From: Minisyncoccota bacterium
GTDB taxonomy: Bacteria; Patescibacteriota; Minisyncoccia; UBA6257; JAGOQP01
Reading direction: 5' to 3'
DNA: 51,148 nucleotides
Assembly (NCBI GenBank): GCA_017991375.1
Contig: JAGOQP010000001.1
Coordinates: 1 to 51,148, forward strand
Shown here: positions 43,509 to 51,148 of the stretch, piece by piece
Position numbering within the stretch: the stretch's first letter is position 1
How the letters are laid out: every line of letters starts with the position of its first letter
Program-made: the position numbers and the translations under genes
Notes under the pieces: generated by a model
Database searches by the model: none
What the model saw: only the letters and a program-made list of their open reading frames with translations
Told to the model about the DNA's origin: nothing

Positions 43509-43694
43509 AGGGTGTTAACACTACGGTAGTAGGTATTGTTAGTAAAAAGTAATTGTATGCGCATAGTATAACATATAGGTAGTTTTGTACACAAGAATTA
43601 TTCCTGGTGGGTATGCAGAATTCCTACTTGTTGTTCTTCGTCGTGTAGTGGTATACTTTTTGTGTACTTATACAAACGTAATAGCAATCACTCT

Positions 43695-44294
43695 ATGGTC
43701 AAATATATTACAGCTCTTTTTGCCGGCGTCTTTATCTTGGCTGGTATTGCAATTCCGGTCGCATTTGCGGCATATGACAGTGGTACATTCGCAAACGATA
43801 CCACTATCCACATAAGCAGTTTAGGTATTGATCTTGTTGTTGCTGGGGGATCTCGAGTAAGTCAGATGCATGTAATGCCGGACTCGGTTGAATTTATATT
43901 GGACGCTGGGTCATCGGTTACTGTTCGCTCATACGATCATTATGCCCTCAACAATGCGGTTATGCAACCACTATGCAAAGAAAATTATTCGGAGGTATCG
44001 CTTCAGGCCGAGTCGTGGAAAACTCTTTTGATCACTCCATCGTTATCGCGCTGTTCGGGGTTTGTTCCTAGCGGAGGGGCTATTGTTCCATCTGGTTCTG
44101 GTGGATCGGTACATACCGTCTCAACCGCAAGCACTTCTTCAATAGTAATCGCAACTACCACTTCTTCAACCACGACGACGTCTGTGGGGATTGACGTGGT
44201 TACCCAGTTACGTCTCCAACTTATTGAGCTTCTCAAACAACTTATTTCTCTTCTGATGATGAAATTACAGTCCCATACTCAAATAGCAAACTAA
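43695..44294 (+). CDS. hypothetical secreted protein
   Basis: Signal peptide MVKYITALFAGVFILAGIAIPVAFA, a Ser/Thr-rich segment and a C-terminal amphipathic helix. It lies immediately upstream of the adhesin paralogue. Confidence 0.6.
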   Translation: MVKYITALFAGVFILAGIAIPVAFAAYDSGTFANDTTIHISSLGIDLVVAGGSRVSQMHVMPDSVEFILDAGSSVTVRSYDHYALNNAVMQPLCKENYSEVSLQAESWKTLLITPSLSRCSGFVPSGGAIVPSGSGGSVHTVSTASTSSIVIATTTSSTTTTSVGIDVVTQLRLQLIELLKQLISLLMMKLQSHTQIAN

Positions 44295-44321
44295 TTAATA
44301 TATTTAATGTATAAAAGTTCC

Positions 44322-45509
44322 ATGTCACATAAAGTTACATCTCGTCTCCTTCCTATTATTATCCTTTCCATTCTCATTGGTTTAGCCATTCCCTCGGTAA
44401 TCGTTCTTGCCTCATCAGTTATCGGCAATAACATTTCGGTTACTCATACCACCGAACAGCTTCGACTTGGGTATGATGCTTCAACCTATACTTCTTTTAC
44501 TACTGATTCGGCAGGTAATCTGAGTATCTTGTCTGCTACTACCAGCACACTCCCTTTTGGTATTCAGCTTGTCAATAATCGTAGAGACAGTAGTGGTATC
44601 AGCGGCAGTATTTTAGGTGGATACACGGGAAACATCATAGACGCCTCTTCCTCTGGTTCGGTTATTGCCGGTGGAGGATGGAATGAGGGGTATGAAAACA
44701 AAATCTTGGGATCCATCGGCGCTTTTATTGGTGGAGGTCATGGCAATATCATCAACAGCACCACTTCTTCTCCAAGGCAAGACATGACTATTGGCGGTGG
44801 AGCTAATAACCAAATTGTAAGCACCGACCAGGGAACTATTGCGGGAGGGAATATGAACTTTATTCGGTCGGCTTTCTATTCAACCATTGGGGGCGGTACA
44901 TTCAATAGTATTGATGCTTCATCGTGGTCAACGGATAACGCTGCCTCGGCGTCTGTTATTGCCGGTGGAATGCTTAATAAGATTGGTAAAAGTGTTGATT
45001 TCATAGGGGGAGGATGGGGCAACGAAGTGTATGGAGATTATTCGTCTATTGTTGGAGGATATCTTAACATCTCTGGAGTTCCAGCATTGGGTGCTCCGGA
45101 CTATTCGGTTATTCTTGGCGGCAGGGAAAATGTTTTGGGTATTTCTGCGCATTATAGCACTGTTGGGGGATATAAGGCGTCGTCAACTCACGCTGGAGTG
45201 TTTTTGTGGGCTGACTCAAACAACTACAAATTCGCCAGTGCTGCTACCAACGAAACCGCGTTTCGCTCTACTGGTGGTGTGCGTTTTGTGACGGCTATTG
45301 ACGGGAGTGGCAATCCAACCAAAACAACATCTATTAACTCTTCGGGAAACCTCACCGTGGGAGGAAGTACTATTACCCTTACCTCTTCAAGCACTCCTGC
45401 TTCAAGCACTACTGCCTGTACTGCCGGCACAATCTCGTGGGACTCTAGCTATGTCTATGTTTGTGTCGCGACCAATACTTGGAAACGTTCAGCAATCAGC
45501 ACATGGTAA
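44322..45509 (+). CDS. membrane-anchored surface protein, paralogue of 16584..17768
   Basis: Collinear with 16584..17768 along its full length (roughly four residues in five identical by eye). Same MSH... start, TM helix, GG..N repeats and C-terminal ...CTAGTISWDSSYVYVCVATNTWKRSAISTW. Confidence 0.75.
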   Translation: MSHKVTSRLLPIIILSILIGLAIPSVIVLASSVIGNNISVTHTTEQLRLGYDASTYTSFTTDSAGNLSILSATTSTLPFGIQLVNNRRDSSGISGSILGGYTGNIIDASSSGSVIAGGGWNEGYENKILGSIGAFIGGGHGNIINSTTSSPRQDMTIGGGANNQIVSTDQGTIAGGNMNFIRSAFYSTIGGGTFNSIDASSWSTDNAASASVIAGGMLNKIGKSVDFIGGGWGNEVYGDYSSIVGGYLNISGVPALGAPDYSVILGGRENVLGISAHYSTVGGYKASSTHAGVFLWADSNNYKFASAATNETAFRSTGGVRFVTAIDGSGNPTKTTSINSSGNLTVGGSTITLTSSSTPASSTTACTAGTISWDSSYVYVCVATNTWKRSAISTW

Positions 45510-45591
45510 CGTAACTTACCACTAACTATAAACAACAAAAACACGAGTTAAATGGTGTTTAGTAGTTTTAACATTAATTAACAAAACATAT

Positions 45592-45993
45592 ATGAAAAAA
45601 GGATACTGTGACCATATCGAGCAATTAACGCGTGATAATAGTTACTTTAGAAAAGTTCTTTACACGGGAGAGCATAGCCAATTGGTTCTTATGAGCTTGC
45701 TTCCCAAAGAAGAGATTGGCTTGGAGGCACATGATACTATTGATCAATTCTTTCGTGTTGAGGTGGGGCAGGGGACGTTTATGATAAACGGGCAGGAATA
45801 CTCCATCTCTGATGGGTCTGCGTTTATCGTTCCCGCGGGAGCACAACACAATGTTATAAACACCTCGGAAACAGAAGCACTTAAGCTCTATACAATCTAT
45901 TCTCCGGCAAATCACAAAGAGGGTACGATTCATCAAACTAAATCAGAAGCTGAAGCAAACGAAGAGCATTTTGACGGAAAAACGACGGAGTAG
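45592..45993 (+). CDS. cupin domain protein
   Basis: GLEAHDTIDQFFRVEVGQGTFMINGQEYSISDGSAFIVPAGAQHNVIN matches the two cupin motifs. Confidence 0.8.
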   Translation: MKKGYCDHIEQLTRDNSYFRKVLYTGEHSQLVLMSLLPKEEIGLEAHDTIDQFFRVEVGQGTFMINGQEYSISDGSAFIVPAGAQHNVINTSETEALKLYTIYSPANHKEGTIHQTKSEAEANEEHFDGKTTE

Positions 45994-46095
45994 TAGTTGA
46001 AAGTGAAAAGTGGAAAGTGGAAAGTGAAATGCTTTGGCTGTGCGCTTACTATTCACTATTCTCTAATCACTACCCACTAAACACTGTCTTCGAGA

Positions 46096-46145
46096 TTGAC
46101 ATTGATCTGCGCGTTGTGCTAATCTACCTACCGTACGGTAGGTAG
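46096..46145 (+). promoter_or_regulatory. promoter plus 22-bp perfect palindromic operator upstream of tetR
   Basis: TTGACA (46096-46101), 18 nt, TAATCT (46120-46125). The palindrome CTACCTACCGT|ACGGTAGGTAG (46124-46145) overlaps the -10 box and ends 5 nt before the tetR ATG. Confidence 0.65.
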
Positions 46146-46150
46146 GTTTT

Positions 46151-46699
46151 ATGAAGCGTACTACTAAAGAAAAAATTCTAATCGCGGCACGGGAGCATTT
46201 TACCCGCTGTGGGTACGCACAGGCATCATTGGAGTCAATCGCGCACGCGGTAGGAATCAAAAAAGCGTCTCTTTACCACTTTTTCAAAAGCAAAGATGAT
46301 CTTTACGCGGCGGTATTTCAAGAAACATACAAGCGTATTCAAGAACATCTTCTGCTTATGATTGAGCGCATGCGCGTAAAACCACTTCCACTTGAGCGCG
46401 CGCTGGAGCAGTTTTTGCTCGCACGTCTCAAAGACGGAATGACCATGCGTTCGGTTGATATGCGTGTGTTTGGTATGTGCCCGGTTTTACAGCGTGATCT
46501 TGGCAAGCATTTGAGAGCAATTGAAAAATTGGTTGAACGATTTTTACATCAATATCATATTGCTCATCCTAAGTTAGCAACGCAGGTGCTCATGAGCGCG
46601 GGGCAAGGATATGTTATGCAGCACCTTCATCAGGTCCGCAAATCGTCATTAAAATTGTACTGTAAATATCTTGCGAGCATAGTAAGCGCAGTGCGTTAA
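46151..46699 (+). CDS. TetR/AcrR family transcriptional regulator
   Basis: N-terminal HTH KEKILIAAREHFTRCGYAQASLESIAHAVGIKKASLYHFFKSKDDLY. Confidence 0.9.
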   Translation: MKRTTKEKILIAAREHFTRCGYAQASLESIAHAVGIKKASLYHFFKSKDDLYAAVFQETYKRIQEHLLLMIERMRVKPLPLERALEQFLLARLKDGMTMRSVDMRVFGMCPVLQRDLGKHLRAIEKLVERFLHQYHIAHPKLATQVLMSAGQGYVMQHLHQVRKSSLKLYCKYLASIVSAVR

Positions 46700-46714
46700 C
46701 ATGTCATATATAGT

Positions 46715-48325
46715 ATGAACACACAAGAAATAAAAATTATAAAACATCGGGCATTTATTTTGTTTTCGGTTATAGCAGGCAGCCTACTCGTTATTGCTAT
46801 TGGGGTACGTGTATTAAAAGCAACTAATAAACCGGCTTCATCGGTAAATATTCCATCGGTCGTGGTAGCTCCGTTGCATTCTTTTAAACAAGAAAAAGTG
46901 TTGCTTATTAACAACGGAACTGTCGAATCATTAACTCAGGCTGAGCTGAGAAGTCAGGTAAGCGCCCCCGTTGCCTCTATTAAAGTTCGTATAGGGCAAA
47001 CAGTCGATGCAAACCAAATTTTAGTGACGTTAAAAAACAACGATTTAATAGCTCAATTTAAACAAGCTCAGGCAGCGCTTGCTATGCAAAAAGCAATGTT
47101 GAATCAAGTCATTTCAGGTGCTCGGTCAGAAGACCTAGCTCTTTCTCAAACTGATCTTGCGCAAGCACAAGAGGGGCTTTCTACTCAATACACCAATGCC
47201 CTCACGCTCATTGGCGATGCGTACGTAAAAACAAGTGACGCAGTCGTAAAACAGATCGCGGGACTTATATTAAATGACGACACACTATTTCCCCAATTGG
47301 CCTTTACAACCAACAATGCTCAAGCGGCAATTGATGCCGCGGCACTACGCGTGCAAGTTCAAAAAGATCTTGTCGCGTGGAGAAACGAATTTGATTCGCT
47401 TAACACATCTGATTACGCACGCATTGATTCATCACTTACGCAAATCAGAAAAAGACTTTCTACAGTGCTTTCATTTTTTAACCGCTTAGATGACGCGCTT
47501 TCCGATGCGGGGTCGGTAAGTGGTGGCGTGGTAACCGCGCGAGCGAACGTTAATATTGCGCGGGGAATTATTAGCGGACTTACTACCGCGGTGACTGGAC
47601 AAATACAAGGAATTGCAAGCGCGCGTTTAGCTGTTGAACGTGTTGAGCAAAGCATCACACTTAAGCAAGCGGGAGGAACTGATAGTCAACGCGAAGCTCA
47701 AGAAGCGGCAGTAGCGCAGGCTGAGGCTGGTGTGGCCGCGTTGTCGGCACAAGTTGAGAAGACCATTATTCGCTCGCCCATAAGTGGGAAAGTGGCATCA
47801 CTGCCTGTTCGTGTGGGAGAACTTATTTCTCCTGGACAATTGGTAAGCTCGGTAGTTAATACGCGATCGCTTCAAGTAAAAACATTCATAAGTGAAGTGG
47901 ATCTTCCCATTATAAGCGAAGGTGATAATGCTCTCATTGCTCAAACTGTTGCGGGAAAAGTTTTACGCGTCGCTCCTTCAGTTGATAGCCAAACAAAAAA
48001 AGTTGAAGTTGATATTCTCGTGGTCGATGAAAAACAAACAACATTAGTTATTGGACAAACTGTTGATGTTTCTATTAGCGCTCAGAGGCTCGTATCTGCT
48101 CCCGATAGCTATCTACTTCCTCTTTCGGCCGTGCGCGTTTCTCCTAGTGGTTCGTATATCTTTCGGGTTGTCGACGACAAAGTGCAAGAGCTTCAGGTTC
48201 AAACGGGCGCGCTTTCTGGAGAGTTTATTCAAGTCATGAGTTCTGTCGCGTCATCAACTGAGATTATCACCATTGCTCGCGGCGTGAAGGTTGGAGATAC
48301 CGTATCAGTGAGTCGCAGTCAGTAA
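46715..48325 (+). CDS. efflux RND transporter periplasmic adaptor (MFP/HlyD family)
   Basis: N-terminal TM anchor, a long coiled-coil hairpin and the lipoyl/barrel block IIRSPISGKVASLPVRVGELISPGQ. Lies between tetR and the RND pump. Confidence 0.85.
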   Translation: MNTQEIKIIKHRAFILFSVIAGSLLVIAIGVRVLKATNKPASSVNIPSVVVAPLHSFKQEKVLLINNGTVESLTQAELRSQVSAPVASIKVRIGQTVDANQILVTLKNNDLIAQFKQAQAALAMQKAMLNQVISGARSEDLALSQTDLAQAQEGLSTQYTNALTLIGDAYVKTSDAVVKQIAGLILNDDTLFPQLAFTTNNAQAAIDAAALRVQVQKDLVAWRNEFDSLNTSDYARIDSSLTQIRKRLSTVLSFFNRLDDALSDAGSVSGGVVTARANVNIARGIISGLTTAVTGQIQGIASARLAVERVEQSITLKQAGGTDSQREAQEAAVAQAEAGVAALSAQVEKTIIRSPISGKVASLPVRVGELISPGQLVSSVVNTRSLQVKTFISEVDLPIISEGDNALIAQTVAGKVLRVAPSVDSQTKKVEVDILVVDEKQTTLVIGQTVDVSISAQRLVSAPDSYLLPLSAVRVSPSGSYIFRVVDDKVQELQVQTGALSGEFIQVMSSVASSTEIITIARGVKVGDTVSVSRSQ

Positions 48326-48336
48326 TTCTTTTGTTC

Positions 48337-51148
48337 ATGGAACCAATACACCACTCTCACGAACATCGTTCGTCGGATCAACGGTATCTTGATCAGCTTG
48401 AATTTACTCCATCGCTTCGTTCAACGTGGCTCAATTTTTTTGTGTCCAATTTTCGCGTGGTGCTCTTGCTGATTGTGCTTATTTGTGGAGTAGGACTTTA
48501 TTCGTTTAGCGTTCTTCCGCGAGAATCGAATCCGGAAGTAAAAATTCCTATTGCTGTTGTATCAACGGCTTTTATCGGCGCATCTCCGTCAGATGTTGAA
48601 GAGTTGGTTAGTAAAAAAATTGAAACGGAAATAGCGGGTCTCAAGGGTCTCAAAAAAGTAACCTCTCGTTCGTTTAATTCATTTTCGTCGGTAGTGGTTG
48701 AATTTGAAGCTGGAGAAGATCTTGATGATGCCATTAGGCGCCTTAAAGATAAGGTGTCGAGTGTAAAACAAGATCTTCCCGATGACGCAAACGAACCACA
48801 AGTGACAGAAATATCTTTAGATGATCAACCGATTTGGACGATTGCTTTGAGTGGCCCTGTGAGTGGGTTTGAACTCCGGGATTATGCTGATACCATCAAG
48901 GACGAACTAGAAAAAGTTCCCGGTGTGCGCGAAGTAAGTTTGTCAGGAGGGGATGAGCGTGAGTTTGAGGTTGCGTACGATCCGGCGAAACTTCTTTTTT
49001 ATGGCATAACCGTTGATCAAGCAAACCAGGCGATCAAATCTCAAAACATTTCCTTTCCGTCTGGAAATTTTGAAGGGGAGCGATTTGTGTATCCAGTTAG
49101 TGTTGATGGGCGATTTTTTGACGTAGCGCATCTTGCTCATACGCCATTGTACGCGTCAGGGCGTGATAGCATGATTTATCTTAAGGATGTAGCGACCGTC
49201 AAAGAAACTGCTATAGAGAAAACAACATATGCGCGTATGTGGACAGCCACCACCTCAGCGCAAGAGGCGGTAACTATCAACGTTGTAAAGCGCACGGGGG
49301 GTAATATTGTGCAAACTGTTGATGCCGCCAAAGAAAAAACAGATGCGCTTCTTACCACCTTTACTCCCGGAACGTCATATTCGGTTATGACCGATATGGC
49401 CAAATATATTCGTGATGACTTTAGCCAACTCACGCATGATTTTCTACTCACCCTTGTGTTGGTGTTTGGTATTCTCTTTCTTATTGTGGGTTTTAAAGAA
49501 GCATTAGTAGCAGGACTTGCTATTCCACTTGTGTTCTTTGTGTCGTTTGGCGTTATGCTCGTAACCGACATTTCACTCAACTTTCTTTCTATTTTTTCCC
49601 TACTTCTATCTCTTGGATTGCTTGTTGATGACGCTATTGTTGTTGTTTCAGCAACAAAACAATATCTCAATACGGGAAAATTCACTCCCGAGGAAGCGGT
49701 GTTGTTAGTGCTTAACGATTTTAAAGTAGTATTAACCACAACGACTCTTACAACTGTGTGGGCATTTTTGCCACTTATTTTTGCGACTGGCATCATTGGT
49801 TCGTTCATTAGATCTATTCCAATCACTGTTTCGGTCACGCTTCTTTCCTCGCTCGCGATTGCTCTGATGGTTAATCATCCGCTCGCCGCCGTGTTGGAAC
49901 GTGTGCGTCTTACAAAAAAAGTTCTTTTTGCGTATGTCACTTTATTAGTACTACTGAGCGCCATCCTTTTCTTTTTCGCGGGATGGATTGGCGCGGCGTT
50001 TGGTTTTGTCTTTCTCGTGGGGGCGTGGGTATTGGTGTATTGGTATAGTCGTGGAGGACATCATGCGTTGGACGCAAATCAAAAACGCTCAGATCTTGAA
50101 TGGAGCAATGATGAGGCGATTAAAGAAAAGTTACGCGCTCAAGCACGAAGACATGAGGCGGGTCTATGGAGTCGCTTGATGCATGGCGTCATTCATTTTG
50201 ATCGCATTATTCCGGTGTATGAAAAATATCTTCGTCGTGTGTTGATAACCAAACGGTCTCGTCGCATGCTATTGGGGGCGGTAACGGCACTTTTTGTGTG
50301 CGCGGTGGCGCTCCCTATGGTGGGTATCGTCAAGACCGAGTTTTTTCCAGCAGGTGATGTTGATACCGTTTATGTCGATATCCAAGCTCCCACCGGGTAT
50401 ACTCTTGCGCAAACCGATCGTATTACTCGCGGCATCGAAGAACGTTTGACTGCCTATCCAGAAATAAAATCATTTTCTACCGTGGTAGGACGTCTTGGGC
50501 CCCTTTCTAATTCATTTAATAACGCATCTGATCAAGCGTCCATTTCCGCCACGCTTATTAACAAAAGTGATCGCGATCCATCGTATGTGTTTATGCAAAA
50601 GTTACGCGATGAACTTAAAGCAACCGATGGGGCGACTATTACTGTTTCCGCTGACAGTGGCGGTCCTCCAGCGGGTTCTGCGTTTGAAGCGCGTATACTG
50701 GGAGATGATTTGGCAACACTCGAAAAGATTGCTCGTGCTTTTCAACAAAAACTCTCAACAATTCCAGGCGTGGTTAATGCTTCCATTTCTCTCAAAGATG
50801 CTTCGCCCGAATATACGTTTTATCTTGATCCAGTCGCGCTTACCACTAACAACATGTCTGCGCTCTCGGTCGGATCCGCGCTCCGCACTGCTTTGGCTGG
50901 GGTTGATGTCACCACGGTGCTTCGCGACACCAAAGAGATAAAAGTGCGGGCTCGTTTTGATCCAACGACTATTCCCACCCTTGATTCAATCCAGAACTTA
51001 CAAATTGTGAATATGCGTGGGCAATCGGTATTTCTTAAGGATGTCGCGCGCATAGAGTTAACGCCATCAGTTGAATCAATTCTTCGCGTCAATCAAAAAC
51101 GCGCGGTCACTATCACTGCCGATGTAGTTGCCGGCGTTGCTCGCTCAA
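48337..51148 (+). CDS. RND-family efflux permease (AcrB/AcrD/AcrF-like), 3'-truncated by window edge
   Basis: Not in the ORF track because no stop is reached. The frame starting at ATG 48337 reads ...FRVVLLLIVLICGVGLYSFSVLPRESNPEVKIPIAVVSTAF.GASPSDVEELVSKKIE... and ...LSIFSLLLSLGLLVDDAIVVV.... I checked by hand translation of 49141-49670 that it stays open. Confidence 0.9.
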   Translation, partial: MEPIHHSHEHRSSDQRYLDQLEFTPSLRSTWLNFFVSNFRVVLLLIVLICGVGLYSFSVLPRESNPEVKIPIAVVSTAFIGASPSDVEELVSKKIETEIAGLKGLKKVTSRSFNSFSSVVVEFEAGEDLDDAIRRLKDKVSSVKQDLPDDANEPQVTEISLDDQPIWTIALSGPVSGFELRDYADTIKDELEKVPGVREVSLSGGDEREFEVAYDPAKLLFYGITVDQANQAIKSQNISFPSGNFEGERFVYPVSVDGRFFDVAHLAHTPLYASGRDSMIYLKDVATVKETAIEKTTYARMWTATTSAQEAVTINVVKRTGGNIVQTVDAAKEKTDALLTTFTPGTSYSVMTDMAKYIRDDFSQLTHDFLLTLVLVFGILFLIVGFKEALVAGLAIPLVFFVSFGVMLVTDISLNFLSIFSLLLSLGLLVDDAIVVVSATKQYLNTGKFTPEEAVLLVLNDFKVVLTTTTLTTVWAFLPLIFATGIIGSFIRSIPITVSVTLLSSLAIALMVNHPLAAVLERVRLTKKVLFAYVTLLVLLSAILFFFAGWIGAAFGFVFLVGAWVLVYWYSRGGHHALDANQKRSDLEWSNDEAIKEKLRAQARRHEAGLWSRLMHGVIHFDRIIPVYEKYLRRVLITKRSRRMLLGAVTALFVCAVALPMVGIVKTEFFPAGDVDTVYVDIQAPTGYTLAQTDRITRGIEERLTAYPEIKSFSTVVGRLGPLSNSFNNASDQASISATLINKSDRDPSYVFMQKLRDELKATDGATITVSADSGGPPAGSAFEARILGDDLATLEKIARAFQQKLSTIPGVVNASISLKDASPEYTFYLDPVALTTNNMSALSVGSALRTALAGVDVTTVLRDTKEIKVRARFDPTTIPTLDSIQNLQIVNMRGQSVFLKDVARIELTPSVESILRVNQKRAVTITADVVAGVARS

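Overview
This is a 51.1-kb low-GC bacterial chromosome segment. Compact, shortened housekeeping genes (pgk, dnaX, a 396-aa uvrC), many secreted repeat proteins and very little metabolism suggest a Candidate Phyla Radiation / Patescibacteria (Parcubacteria-like) genome; that is inference, I cannot search databases. The standard genetic code applies: TAA, TAG and TGA all end long conserved ORFs. Housekeeping content I can support: pgk, a DHH phosphoesterase, RNase H, type-A RNase P RNA, dnaX, scpA-scpB, a D,D-carboxypeptidase, mraY, ftsW-murG, uvrB/uvrC/uvrA, rmuC, groES-groEL, tRNA-Gln(UUG), tRNA-Ser(GGA) and a tetR-MFP-RND efflux operon that runs off the 3' edge. The unusual content falls into six groups. 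(1) Four GC-rich, ORF-poor transcription units besides rnpB, each with a sigma70-like promoter and an intrinsic terminator. They are about 340 and 500 nt (tandem paralogous pair upstream of dnaX), about 880 nt (32375-33254) and about 525 nt (42588-43114); none matches an RNA class I recognise. (2) A GC-rich three-gene island between uvrC and uvrA. Two paralogous ~125-aa proteins share an identical 83-bp 3' module encoding ...LRDLGGTCNIP* plus a hairpin, next to an outer-membrane beta-barrel-like gene carrying the same downstream module. (3) A lone GIY-YIG nuclease gene bracketed by a perfect 19-bp duplication of the tRNA-Gln 3' end. (4) An adjacent dockerin/HYR and cohesin-like surface gene pair, with a 308-bp perfect intragenic repeat. 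(5) Two pervasive intergenic sequence families: 31/32-bp GAAGTCGAAGGG...CTCAGGGCAAGC repeats (two tandem arrays, singletons, and two cores inside rnpB), and strand-pure, stop-codon-dense TTAATGATTAA / GTGATTAGTGG spacers at 14 or more sites. (6) A 28-nt duplication of the tRNA-Ser 5' end. No CRISPR array, integrase, transposase or recognisable defence gene was seen. Novelty cannot be established without database searches.
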